Positions 1 through 12,793 of a DNA stretch of 64,000 nt are shown here, one piece after another. Each line of letters begins with the position of its first letter. The stretch's first letter is position 1. The notes below the pieces were generated by a model. That model was not told the origin of the DNA. It did no database searches and was given only the letters and a program-made list of their open reading frames with translations. The DNA is from Alphaproteobacteria bacterium. Its GTDB lineage: Bacteria; Pseudomonadota; Alphaproteobacteria; UBA828. The translations under genes and the position numbers were made by a program. The stretch is from contig CBDEFM010000001.1 of assembly GCA_965237415.1 (NCBI GenBank), positions 256,001 to 320,000 of the forward strand, given 5' to 3'.

Positions 1-74
1 CGTATCGTAACCAGGCCATGGTGCGGGGTGACGTCATGGGAACAGCCTGGATGCAGCAAATTTGGGAGGTCTCA

Positions 75-1385
75 ATGGTGAACAGGCCGACACATCAACG
101 CCTGAAATCGCTTCTCGTCGCCGGTTCTCTGGCATTGGGCGTTGCCGGGACCATGGGGCCGACGGAGGCTTCGGCGTGGTCGCTGGAAGAAGCCGCGAAG
201 CCCTACGCCGGCAATGAGGTGCGGGGAATTTGCGACGGCTATTCTCCTTGCCTCGCTTATACCGAAATGGCCAAGAAGTTCGAGGAGCTGACGGGAATCA
301 AGGTGGTCCTGGAAGTCGCCGATCTCGAGGCGGTCTGGCGTCAGGTGCTGGCCGACCAGCTCACGGGCGGGCAGTACTACGACATCTTTCCCGCCGCCAA
401 CAATCAGACGGTGGCCTTTGCCGAACCGGGCTTCACCAGCGACCTGACGCAGTTCATGGACGATCCCGCTCTGCGCGACCCCAGCGTCAAGGTCGAGGAC
501 TTCGTGCAGACCCATTTCAAGATCTCGGGCTACCACAATGGTGAGTTGGTCTCCGTTCCCTATCACTACCTGCCGCCCTATGCGGCCTACCGCACGAGCA
601 TCGCCAACGATCCCACGGAGCAGGCCAACTTCGAGGCGGCCTATGGCTACGCCATGCCCCTGCCGCCCACGACCTGGGAGGTGTTCCGGGATCTCGCCGA
701 GTTCTTCACCCGCGAGAAGGGCGAGACACTGGCCGGTCAGACTCTCGAAACCAACTTCTACGGCACGATTGCAGCGTTCAAGCGCCATCTCACGGTCTAC
801 TACGACTATGAGCGCATCCTGCTGGGCATGGGCGGCGAATATGTGGACACGGACCTGAACGTCTCCATCGACAGGGACGACACGGCCGTCAGAGCGCTTC
901 AATACATGCTCGACCTGCGCCAGTTCGCGCCACCCGGTCATACCGAGGCGACGTGGGACACGGAATATTCCGAGATGTGCAGCGGCAACGTGTTCATGAT
1001 CTTCACCTGGGGCGACACGACGCCGTACCTGGAGATCCCCGGCGACTGTCCGGCATCGGCGGGCGACATGACATACTTCGTCCACCCCGGGACCGGGATC
1101 ACGGCGGCCTACGGCCAATCTTGGATCATTCCCAAGAGCGCGCAGAACAAGGAGGCAGCCCGGCTCTTCGTGCAGTGGCTGCTGACCACGGAAGTCCAGA
1201 ACGAGTGCCTGCCTCTCGGGTGCCTCGCGATCCGCAGCGACGTGCTCGGCGATCCGCGCTGGGAGGATGAAGGCTGGGAGAATCGCCAGCGGGAAGCCAT
1301 CCACATCTGGCTGGACGAGAACGGCAAGCTCTACAACCTGCCCAACACTCCGAACTGGTTCGTGTGGCAGGACATCATCATCTAG
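75..1385 (+). CDS. ABC transporter extracellular solute-binding protein (family 1), C-terminus interrupted by a MITE
   Basis: Signal peptide (LLVAGSLALGVAG...ASAWS), SBP-1 motifs (VPYHY, PTTWE, WIIPKSAQNKEAARLFVQWL); same frame resumes at 1515-1601 (ELSAAGADQKDAATAIADIASRMREAVE*). Confidence 0.85.
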   Translation: MVNRPTHQRLKSLLVAGSLALGVAGTMGPTEASAWSLEEAAKPYAGNEVRGICDGYSPCLAYTEMAKKFEELTGIKVVLEVADLEAVWRQVLADQLTGGQYYDIFPAANNQTVAFAEPGFTSDLTQFMDDPALRDPSVKVEDFVQTHFKISGYHNGELVSVPYHYLPPYAAYRTSIANDPTEQANFEAAYGYAMPLPPTTWEVFRDLAEFFTREKGETLAGQTLETNFYGTIAAFKRHLTVYYDYERILLGMGGEYVDTDLNVSIDRDDTAVRALQYMLDLRQFAPPGHTEATWDTEYSEMCSGNVFMIFTWGDTTPYLEIPGDCPASAGDMTYFVHPGTGITAAYGQSWIIPKSAQNKEAARLFVQWLLTTEVQNECLPLGCLAIRSDVLGDPRWEDEGWENRQREAIHIWLDENGKLYNLPNTPNWFVWQDIII

Positions 1386-1514
1386 TCACCTGACACTGAA
1401 GTTGAGATCATTTTCAATTGGCAGTGTCGTCACACTAAGTCGCTCTATTGTCGAAGAATGTGGTCGTGCAATATAGTTGTCTTTATGTGGCGAACTTCAG
1501 ATTCAGGTGACTAG
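1382..1514. mobile_element. MITE copy 1, 133 bp including both CTAG
   Basis: Terminal inverted repeats CTAGTCACCTGAcaCTGAAGTT / AACTTCAGatTCAGGTGACTAG; AT-rich; near-identical copy at 2015-2147. Confidence 0.9.
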
Positions 1515-1799
1515 GAGCTGAGCGCGGCTGGTGCCGATCAGAAGGATGCTGCAACGGCGATCGCGGACATCGCCTCACGCATGCGCGAGGCGGTCGAATA
1601 GCAGGCGCAGGACCGATGGCCCCGCCGCTCGCGCGGGGCCATCGATTCGCGATCCATGTAGGCTGAACAGCGGCGCGCAGACCTTGATGGTGGGGAGAAT
1701 TCCGCGCTAGTGCTGGCTCGGCTCGCCGAGCATCGCCGTCTTGAAAAGCGTGCTGTCGTCGACATATTCGCCGCCTTCGGAGGCGGCCGGCATGACATC

Positions 1800-1927
1800 G
1801 CGGTAGCGACCCGGTCGACCACCTCGTCGTCAACGACCTGACGGTAGATGACGGCACCGTCCTCCTCGAGAATCGCCATCGCTTCGTCGGCAGGCGTATG
1901 CCGGTCAATTGAACGCACTTCTGCCAT
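1800..1927 (-). pseudogene. N-terminal remnant of a phytanoyl-CoA dioxygenase-like protein
   Basis: MAEVRSIDRHTPADEAMAILEEDGAVIYRQVVDDEVVD resembles PhyH N-termini, then the frame degenerates. Confidence 0.5.
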
Positions 1928-2014
1928 GGTCACCGCGCTCTGTTCGGTCGGACGATGTTAGCCCGGAATTCTCGCCACGGACACGGCCTGCGTCGCGGCT
2001 AGGCGTTCGATCCG

Positions 2015-2147
2015 CTAGTCACCTGACACTGAAGTTGAGATCATTATAAATTGGCAGTGTCGTCACACTAAGTCGCTCTATTGTCGAAGAATATGGTCGT
2101 CCAATATAGCTGTCTTTATGTGGCGCACTTTGGATTCAGATGACTAG
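2015..2147. mobile_element. MITE copy 2, 133 bp
   Basis: Same length, orientation and CTAG ends as 1382-1514 with scattered substitutions. Confidence 0.9.
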
Positions 2148-2438
2148 GAGCAGGCCGAAAAGCATAGCGGTGCCTACGGTTGAGGCTCGCGACGTCGCGC
2201 GGGACGCGCGCGGAGCGCACGATGCGGGCGGGCGCCTGGACGCGACCCGAAGGGCGGCGCTCTCTGGCCGACAGCGTGCGTCACGGCGCTTGCCCGATGC
2301 CCCGCATCGTGCGCTCCCGCGCGCGTGGCCGCGCGACGCGCTGCGCGCCGTTCCTGCTCTGTCAGCCGGACAGCGCCGCGCAGACCATGACCGTGGTGAG
2401 AAATGCGGGCTAGTCTGTCGAGCGGGTCCCGTTGCCGG

Positions 2439-4517
2439 TCAGGCAACAGCACGGTCGGCGCGAACATACTCCAGCTTGTAGGGCACGTCGGCGATCGCTC
2501 CGGCGTCGAGCTCGCGGGCGGAGCGGTGGCCCTCGTAAACAGCATGCTGGATCGTCGAGGCGGCCACGCAATCGCCGATCCGTTCGAGCCTCTTGATGCC
2601 GGCCTTCTCCAATTTCTCCGGCGCCGCCGCGAGCTCCCGATAGAGAGCGTCGTTCGGCAACCGCGAGGTGGCGAGAACGAGAGACTGATAGCTGAGGTGC
2701 TGCCGCCTTACATCGTGATAAACATTATAGATCTCGATGCTGTTGTCGCCGATCTGGGCGATGTTGTGATCGGTGATCAACTCGATCCCCATGGAGAGGA
2801 CCTGGCTCATGATCTTCTCCAGCTCCAGGGTGTTTTCGGTCCAGCGCGAGAGCTCCATCAGCGGCGTGACGATGGTCACCTCGTGACCCGCAGCGCGGAG
2901 CTTCTCGGCAATCACGCCACCCATGTAGAAGTGATCGTCGTCGAACACGACCACCGGGCCTTCGAGTGCCTTCCCGCTCATCACGTCGTCGGGCGTGAAG
3001 ACCCTCCTCCCGTCGCATCCGGGAATTGGGTGCGCGTTGGTGTAGGCAACGCCGTCGCCACGCCAGTGGGAGCCGGTCGCGATGATCACGGTCTCGGCGC
3101 CGTAGTCCAGCACGTCCTGTGCCGAGAGGCTGGAGCCGGTGTGCACCTCGACGTTCTTCATCTTTTCGATTTGACCGACCCGGTAATCGCGTACACGTCC
3201 CCATGCCGCAAGGCCGGGAAGTGCGCTCTCGCGCGTCACGCGGCCGCCGACGTCGGGCTGCGCCTCGACGAGGTGCACCGTGTAGCCCCGCTGCCCGAGC
3301 GCGCGGGCGCATTCCAATCCGGCCGGCCCCGCGCCGACGACGAGGACGCCGTCATCGGACCCCTTAGGCTCGATCTCTTCTGCGTGCCAGCCGCGCCGCC
3401 ATTCTTCGCCGGCGGTTGGGTTCTGCGTACACCGGAAGAGGCTGCCCGTATTCTCGGAAGCAACGCACATGTTGCAGCCGATGCACTCACGGATATCGTC
3501 GTTGCGGCCTTCTTCGATCTTCTTGGGCAGGAAGGGATCGGCGATCGAGGGCCGCGCCGCGCCGATGAAGTCGGTGATTCCGCGGTTGATCTGGGAGATC
3601 ATCGTGTCGGGTGAGGTGAACCGCCCCACGGTGACGACCGGCCTGTCGGTCTTCTGCTTGACGAAGGCCACGAAGGGTTCCTGGAAGCCTTCGTCGGTGA
3701 AGCGCGACGTGGCGGAGTCGTAAGCCCAGTCGCTGATGTTCACGTCCCACAAGTCGGGCAAATCGGAGAACATCTCGACCACCGCCTGGCCTTCCTCCTG
3801 CCAGGTGATGCCGTGCTCGCCGCGATTCTCGTCGACGGCCAGCCTGAGTGCCACCGCCGCCCTGTCGCCAACGGCTTCCTTGGTGTCTTCCAAGAGCTCA
3901 CCGATCAGCCGCGCGCGATTCTCGACGCTGCCGCCATATTCGTCGGTGCGGTGATTAGTGTGGGGCGAGAGGAAATGCTGCGGCAGAGCGATATCGTGAC
4001 CGGCATAGACGTAAACGATGTCATAGCCCACATTGACCGCGCGCTTTGCCGCATCGACCTGCCAGCGCCTGAACTCGCGAATGTCCGCCTTGTCCATCTC
4101 CCGGCCCATGATCGGGTCCCAATTGTAGTGAACCGTATTGGGCGAAGGGCCGAGCGGAACTTCCTTGGTCTTGCGGTTGGAAAAGCCGAGCCCGTTATGA
4201 ACCAGCTCCACGGAGGCGAGCACCCCGTATTCGTGCATCGTATCCACCCAGCCGCGCAACTGCTCCGCGTACTCGTCATTCCAGAGTCGCCGTTCCCCAT
4301 AAGGTGCTGAGCAGGAGCTTGGATGAATGCTGCATTGCTCGGTGGAAATGACGGCCCATCCGCCTTCGGCTTTCATGCGCCGATGCGCGACATCCCCATG
4401 GTGCTCGGTGTACCCCATCGCATTGCAGTGAGGCACTTGATAGAAGCGATTCTTGGCAATCTTCGGGCCGATCTTGATCGGCGTGAACAGGATGTCATGG
4501 CGGGGATCGCGGGCCAT
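2439..4517 (-). CDS. Trimethylamine/histamine dehydrogenase-like flavoprotein (OYE barrel, 4Fe-4S, FAD/ADP domain)
   Basis: KNRFYQVPHCNAMG (Cys position for covalent FMN), NHRTDEYGGS, ARPSIADP, ECIGCNMC...C, GAGPAG. Confidence 0.9.
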   Translation of the reverse strand: MARDPRHDILFTPIKIGPKIAKNRFYQVPHCNAMGYTEHHGDVAHRRMKAEGGWAVISTEQCSIHPSSCSAPYGERRLWNDEYAEQLRGWVDTMHEYGVLASVELVHNGLGFSNRKTKEVPLGPSPNTVHYNWDPIMGREMDKADIREFRRWQVDAAKRAVNVGYDIVYVYAGHDIALPQHFLSPHTNHRTDEYGGSVENRARLIGELLEDTKEAVGDRAAVALRLAVDENRGEHGITWQEEGQAVVEMFSDLPDLWDVNISDWAYDSATSRFTDEGFQEPFVAFVKQKTDRPVVTVGRFTSPDTMISQINRGITDFIGAARPSIADPFLPKKIEEGRNDDIRECIGCNMCVASENTGSLFRCTQNPTAGEEWRRGWHAEEIEPKGSDDGVLVVGAGPAGLECARALGQRGYTVHLVEAQPDVGGRVTRESALPGLAAWGRVRDYRVGQIEKMKNVEVHTGSSLSAQDVLDYGAETVIIATGSHWRGDGVAYTNAHPIPGCDGRRVFTPDDVMSGKALEGPVVVFDDDHFYMGGVIAEKLRAAGHEVTIVTPLMELSRWTENTLELEKIMSQVLSMGIELITDHNIAQIGDNSIEIYNVYHDVRRQHLSYQSLVLATSRLPNDALYRELAAAPEKLEKAGIKRLERIGDCVAASTIQHAVYEGHRSARELDAGAIADVPYKLEYVRADRAVA

Positions 4518-4655
4518 TGTTGCCTCCCTGCACAGAATGCAGGCAGCGCCGCTGCAGGGGCGCGCCCTCTTATACGTCCTTGGCGATAGTCCGGCAGCGA
4601 ACGCGCCGAGCGCGTGGGCGCAAGGCGCGGCGCTGCCGGGATGTGAGACCCTCGC

Positions 4656-5036
4656 CTAGGCGGCGAGCTGCTCGGCCTCGGGATCGTGAATGAAGAAGAC
4701 CTTGCGCACGGTCTCCTCGATTACCCAAGTCACCTGCTCACCCTTCGACGTGTAAAAGATATCGCCGGCGGTATAGGTGTGGGTCGTGCCGTCCTGCTCC
4801 GTTACGTGGATCTTGCCCTGGAGCAAGGTGCAGATCTCGTCGCCGGGATAGGTGTATTCGAACTTGCCCGGCGTGCACTGCCAGACGCCCGCCATCGTGC
4901 GCATGCCGAAGCCGCCCAGATCGAAACGTCCCTCGTGCACCGGGTTCCCTTCGAGCACATTCACGAACGGCAGATCACCCAGCGGCGGCCATGGCTCGAG
5001 GCCGCCCTCGTCCTTCAGCGTCACATAGTTGAGCAT
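4656..5036 (-). CDS. EutQ-like cupin
   Basis: AGVWQCTPGKF...DEICTLLQG...W...VRKVF. Confidence 0.85.
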   Translation of the reverse strand: MLNYVTLKDEGGLEPWPPLGDLPFVNVLEGNPVHEGRFDLGGFGMRTMAGVWQCTPGKFEYTYPGDEICTLLQGKIHVTEQDGTTHTYTAGDIFYTSKGEQVTWVIEETVRKVFFIHDPEAEQLAA

Positions 5037-5154
5037 TCTCTTTTCCTCTCCTTTGTGGGGTCTTGTCCCCTATCAGTCTACCCGGTCCATCGGTTGAGTC
5101 ATCGGTCGCTTTGCAGAAGCCTCATGAGCCCGATGCAGGAACATGTGTGACCTC

Positions 5155-7444
<2,290 letters not shown>

Positions 7445-7722
7445 ATGTACTTACAATGCAAGACTTACATACATCAAAGTCGTTCTTGGCACTTCAATCT
7501 AAAGAGTTCGTTCGACCCGATCACACAGGGAAGAACCGACGTCGCGCATTGAGATAAGACTCTTCGAAATCCGAATTCCGCTCTGCCCCTGCCTCCAGGC
7601 GTCCCGTCCACCCTACTCCGGGCGGGCCATCGGGCGCTATCGCGCGAGGCGGCACACTTGCCCTCGCGCGGCCGCTGACTGCAAGCTGAGCACGCAACGC
7701 CCGCAGGGAGAAGGACAACGCA

Positions 7723-9243
7723 ATGGCGAACGCAACGTACGACGCAATCATCGTCGGCGCGGGCCATAATGGGCTCGTCGCCGCCTTCTATCTCGCGCGG
7801 GCGGGGCGCAAGGTGCTGCTCTGCGAGCGCAGACCCTTCGTCGGCGGCGCCTGCGCGACGGAGGAGCTTTTCGAAGGCTACCGCGTCTCGTCTTGTTCCT
7901 ACGTCATGTGGAAGCTCGAACAGAAGGTGCGCGATGACATGGGCCTCGACGCGCGCGGGTTGACCATGCACTTGATCGACCCGCCCGTGTTCCTTCCCTA
8001 CGAAGACGGCTCGCACGCACTCCTGCACTACGACATGGAGACCACGGTGGAATCGATCGCGCGGCTGAATACGCGCGACGCGGCGCGCTTTCCCGAATGG
8101 GTCGACCTCTGGACCAGGGCAACCGCGCTGGTGCAGCCCTACATGCTGACCGATCCGCCGACACTCTCCGACGTTTGGGAACGCGCCAAGGCGAACGGCG
8201 ACGAAGCGGTGTTGGAGCGTTTATTCACCTCGTCGCTCGTCGACCTCGCGGCCGACTATTTCGAGGACGAGCGCGTGCGCGCGATGATGCTCTACGTGCA
8301 GGATATGGCCGACCCCTACGCCAATGGCAGCGCCTGGGCCGAGATATTCTTCCAATTCGGCGCTGCTGGCGGGCACGGCTTCTACGTCGTCGAAGGCGGC
8401 ATGGGCTCGATCACCCGCACCATGGCAGAGGCGGTGGCGGAGCAGGGCGGCGAGATCCGCTGCGATGCGCCGGTCGTGCGGGTGCTGGTGGAGGGCGGCG
8501 CAGCTACCGGCGTGCGCCTCGCCTCGGGTGAAGAGATCCGCGCCGAGATCGTGCTCTCGAATGCCGATCCCAAGCGCACCTACCGGAGCCTCTTCGGGCC
8601 CGAGGATCTGCCGGCGGGTCTCATGAACCGCGTGGAGCGGCTCAAGACCGAGACCGGCTACTTCAAGTTTCACTGCGTGATGGACGAGCCGCCGGACGTT
8701 TCGGGTTATCTCGACGGATATGACGGCCCGCCCATCTCCTACATTCTGATCGCGCCGAGCCTTGATCATTATGCCCGGGCGGGAGCGGAAATGCGGGCGG
8801 GAGAGCCCTGCAGCGAGCCGATCTGCCACCTTCAGGTGCCGACCTTCTATGACAAGACACTGACCGATCGGGATGGCCATATTTGCTCGATCTGGGGTCT
8901 CTACGCGCCGCCGCGGCTCGCGACAGGCACCTGGGAGGAGCGGCGCGAGGAAGTGGGCGAAGGAGTCGTCGATTACGTGACGCGCTTCGTCCCCAATTTC
9001 CGCTCAGCCATCCGCGAGTGGATGTTCATGAGCCCCTGGGACATCGAGCAGCGCACGGGGATCACCGATGGCGCAATCCGCCATCTCGACGTGGTGCCGA
9101 GCCAGTTCCTGAGGGGGCGGCCCGGCTACGATACCGAGATTCGCAACTTCTATCTCTGCGGCGGCGGCACGCACCCGGCCGGCGAGGTTACCGGCGCACC
9201 CGGCCACAACGCCGCCCACCACATCCTTCGCACCAACGCCTGA
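7723..9243 (+). CDS. Phytoene desaturase-family FAD-dependent oxidoreductase
   Basis: IIVGAGHNGLVAA, VGGAC, C-terminal LCGGGTHPAGEVTGAPGHNAA. Confidence 0.9.
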   Translation: MANATYDAIIVGAGHNGLVAAFYLARAGRKVLLCERRPFVGGACATEELFEGYRVSSCSYVMWKLEQKVRDDMGLDARGLTMHLIDPPVFLPYEDGSHALLHYDMETTVESIARLNTRDAARFPEWVDLWTRATALVQPYMLTDPPTLSDVWERAKANGDEAVLERLFTSSLVDLAADYFEDERVRAMMLYVQDMADPYANGSAWAEIFFQFGAAGGHGFYVVEGGMGSITRTMAEAVAEQGGEIRCDAPVVRVLVEGGAATGVRLASGEEIRAEIVLSNADPKRTYRSLFGPEDLPAGLMNRVERLKTETGYFKFHCVMDEPPDVSGYLDGYDGPPISYILIAPSLDHYARAGAEMRAGEPCSEPICHLQVPTFYDKTLTDRDGHICSIWGLYAPPRLATGTWEERREEVGEGVVDYVTRFVPNFRSAIREWMFMSPWDIEQRTGITDGAIRHLDVVPSQFLRGRPGYDTEIRNFYLCGGGTHPAGEVTGAPGHNAAHHILRTNA

Positions 9244-9325
9244 CTCCCCTCGCCCCGCTTCGTGATCCCACAGACCCGCTGATAGACTGAGCGCCGCCGA
9301 GCGCAATGCGGGAGGGCTGCAGCCG

Positions 9326-11773
9326 ATGACCCAAGGGTTTCCCGACCAGGCGCGTGTCGTGATCATCGGCGGCGGGGCGATTGGCTGTGCCACCGCGTAC
9401 CATCTGGCGAAACACGGCTGCGATGATGTCGTCCTGGTCGAGAAAGCCAAGCTCACTTCTGGATCGACCTGGCATGCCGCCGGCGCCTTCGCGCAGTTCC
9501 GCACAGATCCGAACGCGGGGCGGCTTATGGCCTATGGCGCCGACCTCTACGCCTCGCTCGAGGCCGAAACCGGCCAGGCCACGGGTTGGCGGCAGACCGG
9601 CGGCATGCGGGTCGCCTCGAACCGCGACCGCCGCCACGAGTACGAGCGGGCGATCACGACGGCGCGCTCCTTCGGCGTCGAGATGCAACTGATATCGGCG
9701 AAGGAAGCGCAGGCGCTCTTCCCCTTCATGACCATCGATCATGTGGATTGCGCGCTCTATATCCCCTCCGACGGCGCCCTGAGCCCGTCGGATACATGCA
9801 TGGCACTGGCGAAAGGGGCGCGCCAATACGGTGCCCGGCTCTTCGAAGACACCGCGGTGACCGGTTTCGAGATGGAGCGCGGCCGTGTCAACGCAGTCAG
9901 GACGGAGCGCGGCACGATCCGCTGCGAGATCGCGGTGATCTGCTGCGGCATCTGGTCGCGCGAAGTCGGGCGGCTCGCGGGGGTGAACGTCCCAATCCAG
10001 CCCTCGCATCATTGCTATTTCATCACCGAGCCGATCGAGGGCGTGACCCGCGACCTGCCGACGACGCGGGACCCCGACCTCTGGCACTACATCCGCGAGG
10101 AGGTCGGCGGACTGCTCGTCGGCCAGTACGACCCCGATCCGATCCCGTTCACCGATCCGATACCCAGGGACCACGAGTTCAAGCTCATGCCCGAGAACCT
10201 CGACCACTTCATGCCGAGGCTCGAAGGGTTGCTCGACTGGATTCCCGTGCTCAAGACGGTGGGCATCAAGAGCTGGTTCAATGGCCTGGAATCCTTCACC
10301 GAAGACCAGAATCCGGTGATGGGCGAGGCGCCGGAGGTGCGCAACATCTTCGTGAGCGCGGGCTTCAATGCCTACGGTCTCACCGGCTGCGGCGGCGCCG
10401 GTATGGCGCTCGGCGAGTGGATCCTGAACGGCGAGCCGCCCTACGACATCTGGAGCTTCGATATCCGCCGCTTTAGCGGCTACCACAGGGCCGACAGCCA
10501 GGTTCTGGTTCGTTCGCTGGAAGGCCAGGGTCACCATTACACCATCGTCTGGCCCCGCGAGGAGATGAAGGCCGGCCGGCCGCTACGGCGTAGCGCGATC
10601 TACGATCGCCTGGCAGACAGCCGCGCCTGCTTCGGCGCCAAGTTCGGGTGGGAGCGGCCCAACTGGTTTGCGCCCGAAGGGGTCGAGCCGGTGGAGATCG
10701 ACAGCTTCGTGCGCCCCCACTGGCACGCGCACGTCGCCGTCGAGCACGCGTCCTGCCGGGGTGCGGCCGCCCTCTTCGACCAGTCGTCCTTCGCCAAGTT
10801 CGCCCTGGTTGGGCGCGATGCGGAGTCCTGCCTGCAGCGCATCTGCGCCGCGGATGTGAGCAAGCCGCCGGGGCGCATCACCTACACGCAGATGCTCAAG
10901 GGGCACGGCGGGATCGAATGCGACCTGACCGTCGCGCGCATCGCGGACGACTCCTTCTACATCGTTACCGGCACCGGCTTTGCGACCCACGACTTCGACC
11001 ATATCAGCTGCAACATCGATCCGGACGCCCACGCCTCGCTGATCGACGTCACCTCGGCCTACGGGGTGCTCGCGCTGATGGGGCCGCGCGCCCGCGAAAT
11101 CCTCGCTGCCGTTGCCGAAGGCCCTCTCGGGCCGGAGGACTTTCCCTTCGGCGCGGTGCGGGAGATCTACGTGGCCGGCGCGCCCGTCCGCGCCATGCGC
11201 ATCACCTTCGTGGGCGAGCTCGGCTGGGAGCTCCACGTTCCGACCGACTACATGGTCACGGTCTACGATGCGCTGAAGGAAGCGGGTGACGCGCACGGGC
11301 TGCGCGATGCGGGCTACCGGGCGATCGACAGCCTGCGGTTGGAGAAGGGCTACCGCGTGTGGGCGGCGGATATCGGTCCTGACTTCAACCCGCTGGAGGC
11401 CGGCCTCGACTTCGCAGTTGCGTTCGACAAGGCGACGCCGTTCATCGGCCAGGACGCTGTGCGGAGGCAGCGGGAACAGCCGCTGACCCGCCGCCTCGTG
11501 ACCTTCACCATCGCGGACGACCCCGAGGTGCAGCTGTGGGGCCGTGAGACAATCATTCGGAACGGCGAGCGCGTGGGCTGGCTCGCTTCCGGCGGTTTCG
11601 GCCACACCGTCGGCCAGAGCATTGGCATGGGCTATGTGCGAAACCCGGCGGGCGTCGGCGACGACTATCTCGCGAGTGGCACGTATTCGCTGGAGGTCGC
11701 AACGCGCGAGGTGCCGGCCGAACTCCACCTACGGCCGCTCTACGATCCGGACAACGAGCGGGTCAAGGCGTGA
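9326..11773 (+). CDS. GcvT-family FAD-dependent oxidoreductase (sarcosine/dimethylglycine dehydrogenase-like)
   Basis: IIGGGAIG, LTSGSTWHAAG, GWERPNWF, FVGELGWEL, LRLEKGY, PLYDPDNERVKA. Confidence 0.92.
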   Translation: MTQGFPDQARVVIIGGGAIGCATAYHLAKHGCDDVVLVEKAKLTSGSTWHAAGAFAQFRTDPNAGRLMAYGADLYASLEAETGQATGWRQTGGMRVASNRDRRHEYERAITTARSFGVEMQLISAKEAQALFPFMTIDHVDCALYIPSDGALSPSDTCMALAKGARQYGARLFEDTAVTGFEMERGRVNAVRTERGTIRCEIAVICCGIWSREVGRLAGVNVPIQPSHHCYFITEPIEGVTRDLPTTRDPDLWHYIREEVGGLLVGQYDPDPIPFTDPIPRDHEFKLMPENLDHFMPRLEGLLDWIPVLKTVGIKSWFNGLESFTEDQNPVMGEAPEVRNIFVSAGFNAYGLTGCGGAGMALGEWILNGEPPYDIWSFDIRRFSGYHRADSQVLVRSLEGQGHHYTIVWPREEMKAGRPLRRSAIYDRLADSRACFGAKFGWERPNWFAPEGVEPVEIDSFVRPHWHAHVAVEHASCRGAAALFDQSSFAKFALVGRDAESCLQRICAADVSKPPGRITYTQMLKGHGGIECDLTVARIADDSFYIVTGTGFATHDFDHISCNIDPDAHASLIDVTSAYGVLALMGPRAREILAAVAEGPLGPEDFPFGAVREIYVAGAPVRAMRITFVGELGWELHVPTDYMVTVYDALKEAGDAHGLRDAGYRAIDSLRLEKGYRVWAADIGPDFNPLEAGLDFAVAFDKATPFIGQDAVRRQREQPLTRRLVTFTIADDPEVQLWGRETIIRNGERVGWLASGGFGHTVGQSIGMGYVRNPAGVGDDYLASGTYSLEVATREVPAELHLRPLYDPDNERVKA

Positions 11774-11801
11774 GCGCCGCCCGCAACCGGGCGCATGAGG
11801 C

Positions 11802-12779
11802 ATGACGGACAAGCCCATAACAGACGACGAGGTTTATTCGCTGGTCGGCGGCGCGCGCGGCATGGAGGCGCGCAGCGGCGCGGCGATCGAACGCGCCCGC
11901 GCGCTGCCGATCTGGACCGGCGCCGTCGAGCCCGCCTTGTTGAGCGGCGGTCTCAGCAACATCAACCTCACCGCAGAAGACGATGGCCAGCGCTACGTGA
12001 TCCGCGTCGGCGAGGACGAGCCCTTCTTCGGCGTCTCCCGCGAGCACGAGCTCCAGGCCTTTCGTGCGGCCCACGCCGCAGGGGTCGCGCCGGAGGTGGT
12101 CTACGCCGAGCCCGGCCTGATGGTGATCCGCTTCATCGAAGGCCGTTCGCTCCTGCCGGCCGACGTGCACGAGCCGGAGCAGCTCGCCAAGGTGGCCCGT
12201 CTCTTTCGCCAGCTCCATCGCGAGGCGCATAAGCACCTGGACTCGACGGGCTTCATGTTCTGGCCGTTCCAGCATCATCGCTCGTACATTCGGTTGTTGC
12301 AGGAACGCTCCGACCGGCTCTACGAGCGATGGCTAGCCATGTTGCCGGGCCTCGCCGCAGCGAACGAGGCGCTGGAGCGCGCGATGGGTCCGGCGACCAT
12401 CGTCTTCGGCCATAACGACCTCAACCCGCAGAACATCATGGACGACGGCGAACGGCTCTGGTTCGTGGACTGGGAGTTCGCCGGGTTCGTGGTAGACCTG
12501 TTCGACCTCGGCGTCCTCGCCATGAATATCGAGATCAGGCCGGACGAGATCGACCCTTATCTCGAGAACTATTTCGACGCCCCGGCTACCGACGAGCTTC
12601 GCTACCGCTTTGCCGCCGCGACAGTGGTTGCTGCCATACGCGAGACCACCTGGAGCATCGTCTCCGAGGTGATGGACAAGCCGATTGACTTCGACTTCCG
12701 GATCTACTCGACGATGAATGCGGACCGCTACGAGCGCATGTACGCTGAATTCTGCGAGACCTATGGCACTTCGGGGTAG
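11802..12779 (+). CDS. Choline/ethanolamine kinase-family phosphotransferase
   Basis: LSGGLSN, HNDLNPQN, VDWEFAG. Confidence 0.88.
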   Translation: MTDKPITDDEVYSLVGGARGMEARSGAAIERARALPIWTGAVEPALLSGGLSNINLTAEDDGQRYVIRVGEDEPFFGVSREHELQAFRAAHAAGVAPEVVYAEPGLMVIRFIEGRSLLPADVHEPEQLAKVARLFRQLHREAHKHLDSTGFMFWPFQHHRSYIRLLQERSDRLYERWLAMLPGLAAANEALERAMGPATIVFGHNDLNPQNIMDDGERLWFVDWEFAGFVVDLFDLGVLAMNIEIRPDEIDPYLENYFDAPATDELRYRFAAATVVAAIRETTWSIVSEVMDKPIDFDFRIYSTMNADRYERMYAEFCETYGTSG

Positions 12780-12793
12780 CAAGGGGGCGATCG

